A stretch of 64,000 nt of DNA from an uncultured bacterium (GTDB taxonomy: Bacteria; Patescibacteriota; JAHJAL01): the NCBI GenBank assembly GCA_938004065.1, contig CALKWM010000017.1, forward strand, positions 15,342 through 79,341, given 5' to 3'. Positions 53,905-63,484 of this stretch are shown one piece after another. The notes beneath the pieces were generated by a model. That model was not told the origin of the DNA. It made no database searches and was given only the letters and a program-made list of their open reading frames with translations. The position numbers were made by a program, and so were the translations under genes. Each line of letters begins with the position of its first letter. Positions within the stretch are counted from its first letter, which is position 1.

Positions 53905-56331
53905 TTACGCACACTCCGAATACCCGCAATCATGACAAACCATGCAGCCACTTTCATGTTCCACCACTCCTCCACACTCCTGGCAAGTATTGTAATTTGT
54001 TTCTTTTTTTTCTTCCTCATGATGCAAGATCGGTTCCTTGATAGTGTTATCTTCGCTATCAAATTCTAAATCCAACGGTGGACGCAAATATATCTCCAAA
54101 GCTTTGGCAATTCCATCCGGAGACGACAAAATCCTATTTGGACCAAACCCCATCACTTTTCCACTACGAATTCCTTTAAGTTGTTTGATAATCTGACTGG
54201 CTTCAATACCCGACCTGAAACATAGCGAAATCAATCGACCGATTGCCTCTGTCTGAGCGGCTGAAAAACCTCCGGACTTACCCATCGTAGCGAACAATTC
54301 AAACGGCTCACTTTGCTCATCTTGATTGATTGTTACAAATAAATCTCCCTCACCGGTTTCAATTTTGATTGTTTTACCATCCAAAACCCGTGGCCTTTCC
54401 TTGGGCACGATAATAGATCTGGATGGTACAAAATCAACCGCTTCACTATCAAGAATCTTATTTTTCTTCTGTAAATCTTTGGTACCGGCAATATTTAAAA
54501 CCTGTTTATCTCGACATCCATCACGATATATTGTAACACCCTTGCAACCCAAATTGTACGCCATTGTATAGACCTTTCTCACATCATCCTCAACTGCATC
54601 ATGTTTGAAATTAACCGTTTTTGAAACCGCACTATCAACATGCCTCTGAAAAGCTGCTTGAATTTTTACATGCCATTCCGGCGATATATCATGAGATGTA
54701 ACAAAAATGCGCCTTACATCCTCCGGTATCTCCATCATCTCTTGGACACTTCCTTTTTGCGCGATTTTTTTCATCAAATCTTGAGAATAAAATCCCCTCT
54801 GTTTAGCCACCTGTTCAAACAGAGGATTTACTTCCACCATCGCTTCTTTTTGATCCAAAACATTTTCCCGCAAATACGATATAGCAAACAATGGTTCAAT
54901 ACCGCTGCTACATCCAGATATTATGCTGATCGTACCGGTTGGAGCCACCGTAGTTATAGCTCCATGTCTGGACTCTTCCTCTCCCTTTTTAGCAAAAATA
55001 CTCTCCGGAAACTTTCGAAAAGCTCCTCTTTTTTTCGCCAACTCACGAGAAGTTTTCCAAGCCTCTTCTCTGATAAATCCCATCACTTCATCCGCCAACC
55101 GCACCGCTTCGTTGGAATTGTAAGGAACCCCCATTTTCACTAACATATCAGCAAACCCCATCACCCCCAAACCGATTCTACGAATATCTTTGCTAACTTT
55201 TTCAATCTGCGGAATCGGATATTTGTTAGCATCGATTACGTTGTCCAAAAAGCGAACTCCAATACGAACTATTTTACGCAAACGATCGTAGTCAACATGC
55301 AGGTCACCATTCTTTTCCGCCACCATTTTTGCCAAATTAATTGACCCCAAATTACATGAATTATATGGTTCCAATGGCTGTTCACCACATGGATTTGTTG
55401 CCTCGATCGGTCCCAATGATGGCACCGGCAAATCACGATTCGCCCGATCGATAAAAACTACTCCCGGATCACCTTGCCGCCATGCATTTTCCACTATTTT
55501 ATCAAATACTTCCTTGGCACATAATTTACCAACTACTTGATTGCCACGAGGATTAATCAAATCATAATCTTCTCCTTTTTCCAAAGCTTCCATAAACTTA
55601 TCGGTTATTGCCACCGAAATATTGAAATTAGTCATCTCCGATAAATCTCTTTTGCATTCTATAAACTCCAAGATATCCGGATGATCAACACGCAAAATTG
55701 CCATATTTGCCCCACGTCTGGTCCCGCCTTGCTTGATAACCTCTGTCGCACTGTTATAAACTCTCATGAAAGATACCGGACCGCTCGAACGACCCATGGT
55801 TGACTTTACTACATCGTTTTTTGGTCGCAATCTGGAAAATGAAAATCCCGTCCCGCCACCACTTTGATGAATCACAGCCGTATTTTTTATACCTTCAAAA
55901 ATATCTTCAATCGAATCCGCAACCGGCAATACAAAACACGCTGATAACTGTCCCAAAGACCGGCCAGCATTCATCAAAGTCGGAGAATTGGGCAAAAACT
56001 CAAAATTGGTCATTATCTGATAGTAATCTTTAGCCGTTTCTTCACCTGAAGCACCATAATTTACATCAATCTCGGCGATGGCTTTAGCTACCCGTTGAAA
56101 CAAATCTTTTGGTTCTTCGGCAACCTTACCCTCACCATCTTTCTTTAGATACCTTGTATCTAGAACTTTTCGTGCATTTTCCGTTAAATTTATCGCCACA
56201 TCCGGAAAAGACACGACTAATTCTTTCTTTTTGACAAATTTCTTTTTATCCATCACTTTTTGTTTTCTCACAGCTTTTTTAGCTACCTGCAGAGAATCAG
56301 ATAAATTAAGTGACTCAAATAATTCAGACAC
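53905..56331 (-). CDS. nrdJ: Class II (adenosylcobalamin-dependent) ribonucleotide reductase NrdJ
   Basis: 808 aa with the RNR active-site region [21 protein letters not shown], thiyl-radical Cys context and a C-terminal Cys-rich Zn ribbon (CQECGG...CMVCHDCG). No NrdB-like partner is adjacent. Confidence 0.9.
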   Translation of the reverse strand: MSELFESLNLSDSLQVAKKAVRKQKVMDKKKFVKKKELVVSFPDVAINLTENARKVLDTRYLKKDGEGKVAEEPKDLFQRVAKAIAEIDVNYGASGEETAKDYYQIMTNFEFLPNSPTLMNAGRSLGQLSACFVLPVADSIEDIFEGIKNTAVIHQSGGGTGFSFSRLRPKNDVVKSTMGRSSGPVSFMRVYNSATEVIKQGGTRRGANMAILRVDHPDILEFIECKRDLSEMTNFNISVAITDKFMEALEKGEDYDLINPRGNQVVGKLCAKEVFDKIVENAWRQGDPGVVFIDRANRDLPVPSLGPIEATNPCGEQPLEPYNSCNLGSINLAKMVAEKNGDLHVDYDRLRKIVRIGVRFLDNVIDANKYPIPQIEKVSKDIRRIGLGVMGFADMLVKMGVPYNSNEAVRLADEVMGFIREEAWKTSRELAKKRGAFRKFPESIFAKKGEEESRHGAITTVAPTGTISIISGCSSGIEPLFAISYLRENVLDQKEAMVEVNPLFEQVAKQRGFYSQDLMKKIAQKGSVQEMMEIPEDVRRIFVTSHDISPEWHVKIQAAFQRHVDSAVSKTVNFKHDAVEDDVRKVYTMAYNLGCKGVTIYRDGCRDKQVLNIAGTKDLQKKNKILDSEAVDFVPSRSIIVPKERPRVLDGKTIKIETGEGDLFVTINQDEQSEPFELFATMGKSGGFSAAQTEAIGRLISLCFRSGIEASQIIKQLKGIRSGKVMGFGPNRILSSPDGIAKALEIYLRPPLDLEFDSEDNTIKEPILHHEEEKKETNYNTCQECGGVVEHESGCMVCHDCGYSECA

Positions 56332-56354
56332 TTTTCACCTCCAAAATATTAAAC

Positions 56355-56807
56355 TTATTTATTTTTTAAATACTTTAATTCTTTTTCAAAACTCTCTACA
56401 TCTTCAAAATCATTGTAAACTGATGCAAATCTTAAATAGGCAACCTTATCCAATCTTTTCAATAATTTCTTTACAAAAACTCCAATTTCCTTGGTCTCCA
56501 CCACTCGCATTCCCTTTTTTAGAATTTCATCCTCTACCTGGGCCGCCAATTTAACTGCGGTCTGCTCATCAAAAGGACGTTTTTTTAATGCCAATTTAAT
56601 CCCTCGTAATACTTTTTCACTGTCATACGGTTCTTTATGTTTACTCTTCTTTTTGACCATCAAACCTACACTATCCAACTTTTCCAGCGTATTGAACCTG
56701 GTTAAACAATCAACGCACTTGCGACGTCTCTTGATAATCGTTCGCTCATCGTTCATTCGAGTCTCAATCACCATCGTATTGGTTTTTCCACAATCTGGAC
56801 ATCTCAT
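56355..56807 (-). CDS. nrdR: Transcriptional repressor NrdR
   Basis: 150 aa with an N-terminal Zn ribbon (MRCPDCG...RRKCVDC) and an ATP-cone domain. Sits immediately upstream of nrdJ. Confidence 0.9.
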   Translation of the reverse strand: MRCPDCGKTNTMVIETRMNDERTIIKRRRKCVDCLTRFNTLEKLDSVGLMVKKKSKHKEPYDSEKVLRGIKLALKKRPFDEQTAVKLAAQVEDEILKKGMRVVETKEIGVFVKKLLKRLDKVAYLRFASVYNDFEDVESFEKELKYLKNK

Positions 56808-56810
56808 AAT

Positions 56811-56860
56811 TCACTAGATTTAGTTATAGCCACTTCAGTATAACAATAGATTTAGTATTT
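56811..56860 (-). promoter_or_regulatory. Tandem NrdR-box-like repeats upstream of nrdR-nrdJ
   Basis: Two copies of (c)ACTAGATTTAGT(t) / (a)ATAGATTTAGTA with a 32-bp period, directly upstream of the nrdR start. They resemble the acaCwAtATaTwGtgt NrdR-box arms (CACTA...TAGT). Confidence 0.4.
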
Positions 56861-56976
56861 TCCTGTGGAAAGATTGATAGTTAAATTCCCATATATTTTT
56901 CCCCGACATCGCTCTTGTCATAAATACAAAAAACTCTCCCGATGAGAGTTTTTTATCATACTTACTCTTTTAAAAA

Positions 56977-57219
56977 TTACTTCTTGATTTTTTTTACAAC
57001 TTTCTTTTTGGTTTTAACTACCGGTTTCTTATCTGTTACCATAATCTTTTTCACATCACACACCATACCATCACTATCACAATGTTTACTGACCATCATA
57101 AAACCAAGATAAAACAAAATTAGTGGCAAAATAATATTCCAAATTGACGAATCAACCAAGCCCAGAGTTTGTAAAAACCATACTATCGCCACCAAAATTA
57201 AAATAACACCAATCGTCAT
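56977..57219 (-). CDS. Small membrane protein with a poly-Lys tail
   Basis: 80 aa with two TM helices and a KKPVVKTKKKVVKKIKK C-terminus. Confidence 0.35.
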   Translation of the reverse strand: MTIGVILILVAIVWFLQTLGLVDSSIWNIILPLILFYLGFMMVSKHCDSDGMVCDVKKIMVTDKKPVVKTKKKVVKKIKK

Positions 57220-57270
57220 AAATCCTCCTTTTAAATATATACATTAGTAAATACAGTTGTGAACAAGAAA

Positions 57271-57660
57271 TCAAGTCAGTGGATCATAACCACTATCAAC
57301 TTCCAAACCGTCACTATAACCATCACCGTCAGTATCTTTACTCAACGGATCTGTGCCCATATTTATTTCCTCATCATCCGATAATCCATCACCGTCACTA
57401 TCCCTCATATTATCACTCGTGCCCAAAATACTCTCTTCTTTTAAACTCAAGCCATCACCATCATTATCCGTTTCTTCTATCCCGGGAATTTTGACCTCGG
57501 AATTATCCATGTTGACTGCACCATATATCCACGGATTTAACCACCAATAATATAAAACATAAACTCCTACCATAAACACAAAAACAAACACACCAAACCC
57601 AATCCAAACAGCTATCCCTTTATTCTTATTATTTTGTTCATCACCGTATATTGATTCCAT
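57271..57660 (-). CDS. Membrane-anchored protein with thrombospondin type-3-like Ca-binding repeats
   Basis: 129 aa with an N-terminal TM and three D-x-D-x-D-G-x-x-D repeats (DNDGDGLS, DSDGDGLSDDEE, DTDGDGYSD). Confidence 0.5.
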   Translation of the reverse strand: MESIYGDEQNNKNKGIAVWIGFGVFVFVFMVGVYVLYYWWLNPWIYGAVNMDNSEVKIPGIEETDNDGDGLSLKEESILGTSDNMRDSDGDGLSDDEEINMGTDPLSKDTDGDGYSDGLEVDSGYDPLT

Positions 57661-57663
57661 ATT

Positions 57664-58395
57664 TTACCTAACCTTTCTTCCCAAGAAAAATGCCACAATG
57701 CCTATTGTTAAAATCAAACAAAAACTTACCACTCCAACCAATAAAAAACGATTGTCCCATTGATTAATATTTTCTTGATAGTTAGATAAATTAGCGCCAC
57801 CAACGACATTTTCAACCACCAACTCTTTCGCCCCATCCGCCCGCAAATCAACTTTTTCATCCACTGTTTTTTCTGCATTATCATCCGTAGTGTTTTTCTT
57901 GGAATCTTCCTCATCTTGTTTTTCTTCCTCTTCCTTGTCTTTTTCTTCATCAGTTTTATCCGCAATTAAACTCACTTGCGCACTATTGGAACCAACCGTA
58001 ATCGATCCACTAGCATCAGAAGTGGCCGACAATGACGCTTGTCCGGAAATACCCTCTCCTTGATAATCACTTGACACATTTACTGTAAAGCTTATCGACG
58101 CCCCCTCTCCACTTGCCAGATTATTGATTTGCCAATACGGTTTATTACCATCCCAAAATTGTGGATAACTACTGGACACAAAATTCAATCCATTGGCCAC
58201 ATCCAAATTCATTTCTATAACCGCATTAGTCAAATCCTCCCCCGAATCATTGCTATAACTAACCGTATAAGTAACATTTTCACCGGGCTTTACTTCAACT
58301 TTATCAACTGTTAATCCAACTACCGGCAAATCTGCCGCATAAACAAAATTACTCACCAACAAACAACACCAAACCAAAAAAACTTTTTTAAACAT
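57664..58395 (-). CDS. Cell-surface protein with a DUF11-like beta domain, an acidic spacer and a C-terminal TM anchor
   Basis: 243 aa with a signal peptide, a conserved-repeat-like domain (VKPGENVTYTVSYSNDSGEDLT), a D/E/K-rich stretch, and a C-terminal hydrophobic segment plus RKVR. Confidence 0.45.
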   Translation of the reverse strand: MFKKVFLVWCCLLVSNFVYAADLPVVGLTVDKVEVKPGENVTYTVSYSNDSGEDLTNAVIEMNLDVANGLNFVSSSYPQFWDGNKPYWQINNLASGEGASISFTVNVSSDYQGEGISGQASLSATSDASGSITVGSNSAQVSLIADKTDEEKDKEEEEKQDEEDSKKNTTDDNAEKTVDEKVDLRADGAKELVVENVVGGANLSNYQENINQWDNRFLLVGVVSFCLILTIGIVAFFLGRKVR

Positions 58396-58397
58396 AT

Positions 58398-58982
58398 TTA
58401 CCTCTTATACACTAAATCTGATACTTTTTTTTCGAGCAACAATTGGCCATTATTATCATTAAAAATTTTTATCATTTTATTGGAATCAATTACATCTCTA
58501 CGATCAATCGATATTATTTCATACGGTGAAGAAATTACTTGTGTGTTTGCATCCTCACCAGATGGCTCAAAAACACCCAAATCAATTTTTATGCTATTGC
58601 TCCCCAGATCAACTCCGTTGGTCATCATATAATACCCACCACTATTTTTTACTCCCTGTAACATCACTATCACTATTTTGTTGGCAAAATCAACATCGGG
58701 TTCATAAGCAAAACCTCCGGTATTTGGATTGCGAATATAGTCCGGCCAAAAATTTTTCCAATCCGCTTGATTTTCAATTACAAAAACCGAAAACATACCG
58801 GCTTTTTCCATATCCTCCTCCAACAATTCACTATATACACCATAATTACCTCTATCAACCAAAGAAAATTCTAACGGACTATATTGTTCTTCCCATACCT
58901 TATTTTTTATCCCCCAATACACCGCTCCACAAATTATAATTAACCCTAAAACTACTAACAAATACTTAATTTTATTTGTCAT
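58398..58982 (-). CDS. Hypothetical secreted or membrane-anchored protein
   Basis: 194 aa with an N-terminal TM/signal sequence. No domain recognised. Confidence 0.4.
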   Translation of the reverse strand: MTNKIKYLLVVLGLIIICGAVYWGIKNKVWEEQYSPLEFSLVDRGNYGVYSELLEEDMEKAGMFSVFVIENQADWKNFWPDYIRNPNTGGFAYEPDVDFANKIVIVMLQGVKNSGGYYMMTNGVDLGSNSIKIDLGVFEPSGEDANTQVISSPYEIISIDRRDVIDSNKMIKIFNDNNGQLLLEKKVSDLVYKR

Positions 58983-58991
58983 CTTATTAAA

Positions 58992-60668
58992 TTAAAAGTT
59001 AATATTGTATATCCTGTCCTGACGATTTTTTATTTTAGAAGCAAATCTCTTTCGATTTCCAGTCTCAAACAAATCCACAAAAATATCTGAAGCCGCGATA
59101 TACTTATCAATTACCAAATCCGCTCCGGCATTATACAAATCAACTGTTTCATGTTTATTGGCCGAAATACTGACAAAATAAGGTCTGTTCTTTTCACATT
59201 CACGGCATATGCATTCCATTAAAATAATATTTTCATGCACATCAGGTATAGTGGATACAATCATCTTGGCTTTGCACACCCCTACTTCCAATAAAAATCG
59301 CTTATCAGTAACATCCGCCAAAATCGCATCATAACCCAATGCTTTTAAATTGTGTACAGTATTTAAATCATAATCCAAAATCACCAAATCTTTTGGCTTC
59401 TCAACCAAACCTTTCAATATTGCCCAACCTACCCGATGACAACCAATCAAAACCTTTTTATTGACCATTTGTTTTGATTGTTCTATCTTGGCAATCAATT
59501 TCCGTCTCTCCAACAATCCAAAAAAGTTGCAAAATCCCAAACACATTTCAGAAGTATTGTACAATAAAATTGAAGAGAAAATAAGCGTCAATAAAATTAA
59601 AGCACTCATTATCGACAATTGAGTTTCATTCAATATTTCAAGACGAAATGACAAAGGCAATATTACAAACCCCAATTCCGAAATGTTCGCCAAACCCAAA
59701 CCAATCACCATAATCACTTTTCTTGGCATACTACCAAGCGCCGCTGTCAACCAACCGATCACCGCCTTAAAAAACATAACCATAATAAATAATGTCAAAA
59801 TCGTTCTCCATTCATGAGACACAATTGTCAAATTGACATTCATACCCACATAAAAAAACAAAAATACCAAAAAATAATCCTTAATCGGATCAAACCAATT
59901 GGCTATCCTGTCCACCTCAAACACTCCTCCCAAACTCAAACCCACCGCCAAACCCACAATCTCTACCGGCAAACTAAAAATTTCCCAGTGAAATACCTCT
60001 ATCCATAAAAACAACCAAGCAATCGACAACAGAAATACTACACTATGTTCTTTTCGATAAACTCGACGAATAATACTGAAAAAATTCCTACCGATATATA
60101 TCATCAATCCTACAGCCAAAAACACAAAAATAATCTTGGCAACAAACTCTCCGAAATCAACTTCAACACGATTTCCGGAAAAGAAAGGCAATACGAATAA
60201 TAATATTGCCACTATCAAATCCTGTATCAACAAAATACCCAGCAAAACTCTACCATGCAAACTATTTAATTCACGTTTATCACGCAAAACCGATGCCACC
60301 AGCAAAGTACTGCTAAATGATATAACGGCCGAAAAAACAAAAGAAACCAACAATGTATATCCAAAAAATGTTAGCATCAAGTATGCTATCGAAAAAAACA
60401 AAATAACTTGAGCAAATGCCAACCAAACAATAGTTCCGCCTATTTTCTCAAAATGTTTAAAATTTATTTCCAAACCAACCGCCATCATCAAAAAAGCCGC
60501 CCCATATTCAGCAAAACTACCTATCAAATAGCTATCCTGTTTACCAAAATGATTTGCTCCAATCAATAATCCTGCCACTAAAAAACCAACAATCAAAGGC
60601 ATTTTCAACTTCTTAAAAAAAGCCGCCAAGACTGCGGACAAACCAAAAGCTATTAAAATATCACTCAT
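58992..60668 (-). CDS. Monovalent cation:proton antiporter (CPA2/KefB-like) with a C-terminal RCK/TrkA-N domain
   Basis: 558 aa. The N-terminal two thirds are a Na+/H+ exchanger family TM domain. The C-terminus has a Rossmann-like segment (KKVLIGCHRVGWAILKGL). Confidence 0.8.
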   Translation of the reverse strand: MSDILIAFGLSAVLAAFFKKLKMPLIVGFLVAGLLIGANHFGKQDSYLIGSFAEYGAAFLMMAVGLEINFKHFEKIGGTIVWLAFAQVILFFSIAYLMLTFFGYTLLVSFVFSAVISFSSTLLVASVLRDKRELNSLHGRVLLGILLIQDLIVAILLFVLPFFSGNRVEVDFGEFVAKIIFVFLAVGLMIYIGRNFFSIIRRVYRKEHSVVFLLSIAWLFLWIEVFHWEIFSLPVEIVGLAVGLSLGGVFEVDRIANWFDPIKDYFLVFLFFYVGMNVNLTIVSHEWRTILTLFIMVMFFKAVIGWLTAALGSMPRKVIMVIGLGLANISELGFVILPLSFRLEILNETQLSIMSALILLTLIFSSILLYNTSEMCLGFCNFFGLLERRKLIAKIEQSKQMVNKKVLIGCHRVGWAILKGLVEKPKDLVILDYDLNTVHNLKALGYDAILADVTDKRFLLEVGVCKAKMIVSTIPDVHENIILMECICRECEKNRPYFVSISANKHETVDLYNAGADLVIDKYIAASDIFVDLFETGNRKRFASKIKNRQDRIYNINF

Positions 60669-60721
60669 CCTTTTTTGTTTAAATCTTACTTTAAAAACAA
60701 TTTGATTATATCATATTATAT

Positions 60722-61750
60722 TCAATTTTTTTTGTCTGTCCGAAACACAATAAAACCGGCAATAACCGGGCACCAAAACTGGAATAAACGATAAAAAATT
60801 ACCACCAATACCGCCTGTTCCAACGGCAATAAAAAACTGGTCAAAACTGTTGTCATCGATAACTCTACCACCCCCAATCCGGATGGTGTTATCGATATCA
60901 CCATCAACAAACCCGCAACAGCATAACATGACAATAAAACACCAAAACTATACCAATTGCCTCCCAAAGCCGCCACTAGCGATGACAATATCGCCACATT
61001 AAAAAAAATCATCAGTAAAACACTCATCACCAACTTATTCAAACTAAACCAGTTTTTAATTACAAAACAATATCCATCATATATTTCAAAAGCATATTTC
61101 TTTATACTTTTTTGCTTGAATGCTTTGTCTCTTCCTAGTTTTTTATTGATGGAATTAATAAAATTTGCCACTTTCAAGGAAAAATTTTTAAATTTTTCAT
61201 AACTTTCCAACATATTTACCACCACTACCAAAAACAAAATTGCTAAAATCAATAAAATTATCGCCGGAATCAAGATAAGATCATTAATTTGATTTTTTAT
61301 GGTCATATAAAACAAACCAATCAACAAGAAAAAAATAAAAATCAGATAATAAACAACCCAATAAACTACATTTGACAATAACAATTTTCCTTTGGAAAAT
61401 CCTTGTCTGAAACCGTCCTCCATTATTACTCCGATACCCACCAAAAACCCTCCAGATGGCGCAATTACACCCAAAAAATTCGATCTCAATAAAACCCAAA
61501 ACATCCGCCAAAGATTTACTCGAAGTCCAAAAAGTTGATAAACATATTTATAGGCATATGATTGCGATACAAAAATTAGCACTTGAAACACAAATGCCAA
61601 AAACAAAAATTTAATACTAAATTTGTCCCACGAAGCGACTATCGTAAAAATTTCATCCCTTCGAACATATACCAAGTATCCAAACAATATAACTGCCAAA
61701 AAATACAGCAACTTCCACCAACCAAATTTCTTTTTTTTCGTCGAAGGCAT
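60722..61750 (-). CDS. UPF0104/LPG-synthase-TM-like (flippase-like) membrane protein
   Basis: 342 aa with about 8 TM helices and a Lys-rich N-terminus. It resembles the MprF TM-domain family. The family call is tentative. Confidence 0.45.
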   Translation of the reverse strand: MPSTKKKKFGWWKLLYFLAVILFGYLVYVRRDEIFTIVASWDKFSIKFLFLAFVFQVLIFVSQSYAYKYVYQLFGLRVNLWRMFWVLLRSNFLGVIAPSGGFLVGIGVIMEDGFRQGFSKGKLLLSNVVYWVVYYLIFIFFLLIGLFYMTIKNQINDLILIPAIILLILAILFLVVVVNMLESYEKFKNFSLKVANFINSINKKLGRDKAFKQKSIKKYAFEIYDGYCFVIKNWFSLNKLVMSVLLMIFFNVAILSSLVAALGGNWYSFGVLLSCYAVAGLLMVISITPSGLGVVELSMTTVLTSFLLPLEQAVLVVIFYRLFQFWCPVIAGFIVFRTDKKN

Positions 61751-62026
61751 ATTTTTTTTGAAATAAATAAACTAAAGACACCTTCTCATTATAAATCATT
61801 CTTTAGTTCGAATAATTATTCAATGATAAAACAGAAATTTCAATTCTGGAAATTATGTATTACGTAATAATTAACAAAACTATCTTCCACTCTTTATTTT
61901 CACAAGAATATACCAAAATTCATTCTTACTCGATCAACCCTTCACTTAAATTTACTTGTGTATAACTTCATCTTGTTAACTTTCTATTTATTTTCTATAA
62001 TTTTTATATAAGTAATAAATAATTAT

Positions 62027-63484
62027 ATGATTACAAAAAAACAAAAGGAAATATTGGAATACATAAAGAAATATTATTCTATACATGAATATTCTCCAGC
62101 ACTAGAAGACATTAAAAAACATTTCAGAATGTCTTCTGTTTCCACAGCCCATCATCACGTAAAAAAACTTGAAGAAAAGGGATTTTTAAAAAAAGACGGA
62201 AATATACCTAGATCAATTTCTGTTTTTGAGAATGAAAAAATGGTGAATATCCAATTGATGGGGAAAATTGCTGCCGGTCACCCAATAGATGCAATATTAG
62301 AAAAAGAGACAATTGCAATTCCTAAAAGTAAAATATCAAAACCAGGAAGTTATTACGCATTAAAAGTTATCGGAAATAGCATGATTGATGAAAACATATA
62401 CGATGGAGATATTATTTTAGTTAAACAACAAGACACTGCTGAAAATGGTCAAAAAGTTGTAGCATTAATAGATAACTGTGAAACAACATTAAAACAATAC
62501 TTTAAAGAAAAAAATAGTATTCGATTGCAACCAGCAAACAAAAAAATGGAACCCATAATCATTCAATCAAACAGAGAGATAAAAATACAAGGAATTATTA
62601 TTGATATAATAAATTCACTACCAAAACCACCTTTAAATATTCGAGCAACTGACAAAATTTACAAAAAAAACAAAAAAAAATTAGTTAATAATCAAATAAT
62701 TTGTGGCGATTGCGTAAAAATACTTAGAACTATACCTGATAATTCCATTGATTTAGTAGTTACCTCACCACCATATGACATGGTAAGAAAATATAATGGA
62801 TTTAGTTTTAATCTTCACGAAACTGGCCAAGAATTGTATCGCGTTTTAAAAAATGGAGGCATTGCAACAATGGTCATACAAGATCAAACTAAAAATTTCG
62901 GCAAATCTCTAACTTCTTTTCGCACAATAGTTGATTGGGTCGATAATATTGGTTTCAAACTGTTTGAGACAGTTATATACAGAAAACACGGAACAGAAGG
63001 AGCATGGTGGAAATATAGATTTCGTGTAGATCATGAATACATGCCAATTTTTATTAAAGGAGAAAAACCAGCTTATTTCAATAAAGAACCATTAAAAATA
63101 CCATCGAAACATGGTGGTAAGGTTATGACAGGAAGTGGTAACCGTAAAACAGATGGAACAACTACAAAAACAGTAACCAGAGCAATTAATTCAACAAAAT
63201 GCCGAGGAACTATATGGGACTATTTAAATGCAGGGGACAAAAATCCACTAAAAAGAAAACACCCAGCAGTTTTTCCGGATAAAATTCCTTTTGATTTTAT
63301 TCAATGCTTCTGTCCGCATAATGGGATTGTTTTAGATCCGTTCGTTGGTTCCGGCTCCACAGTAGTTATGGCAAAACAACTCGGTAGAAAATATATTGGA
63401 ATTGATATTTCCCAAGAATATTGCAACTTATCAAAAGAGAGATTAAAAACTGTTAACAAAAGTTTATTTGATAAATTAGAATAA
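62027..63484 (+). CDS. Fusion protein: LexA-type repressor/S24 autopeptidase (N-terminal, about 195 aa) fused to a beta-class N4-cytosine/N6-adenine DNA methyltransferase (C-terminal)
   Basis: Residues 1-~75 form a LexA winged-helix DNA-binding domain (EILEYIKKY...ALEDIKKHFRMSSVSTAHHHVKKLEEKGFLKK). It has the Ala-Gly cleavage site (KIAAGHPID), the catalytic Ser in GNSM and Lys in ILVKQQD. The methyltransferase has motif IV DLVVTSPPY preceding motif I LDPFVGSGST, which is beta-class order. It is one uninterrupted 485-codon frame. Confidence 0.75.
   Translation: MITKKQKEILEYIKKYYSIHEYSPALEDIKKHFRMSSVSTAHHHVKKLEEKGFLKKDGNIPRSISVFENEKMVNIQLMGKIAAGHPIDAILEKETIAIPKSKISKPGSYYALKVIGNSMIDENIYDGDIILVKQQDTAENGQKVVALIDNCETTLKQYFKEKNSIRLQPANKKMEPIIIQSNREIKIQGIIIDIINSLPKPPLNIRATDKIYKKNKKKLVNNQIICGDCVKILRTIPDNSIDLVVTSPPYDMVRKYNGFSFNLHETGQELYRVLKNGGIATMVIQDQTKNFGKSLTSFRTIVDWVDNIGFKLFETVIYRKHGTEGAWWKYRFRVDHEYMPIFIKGEKPAYFNKEPLKIPSKHGGKVMTGSGNRKTDGTTTKTVTRAINSTKCRGTIWDYLNAGDKNPLKRKHPAVFPDKIPFDFIQCFCPHNGIVLDPFVGSGSTVVMAKQLGRKYIGIDISQEYCNLSKERLKTVNKSLFDKLE

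Noticed and set aside
53829-54062. A 77-aa minus-strand ORF overlapping the 3' end of nrdJ
   Set aside because: It is an out-of-frame overlap with the conserved Cys-rich C-terminus of the reductase. The translation has no domain, so it is spurious.
60711-60929. A 72-aa ORF overlapping the start of the UPF0104 membrane protein gene
   Set aside because: It is an alternative frame of the same DNA with Gly/Cys-rich nonsense. The membrane protein frame is far longer and hydrophobically periodic.
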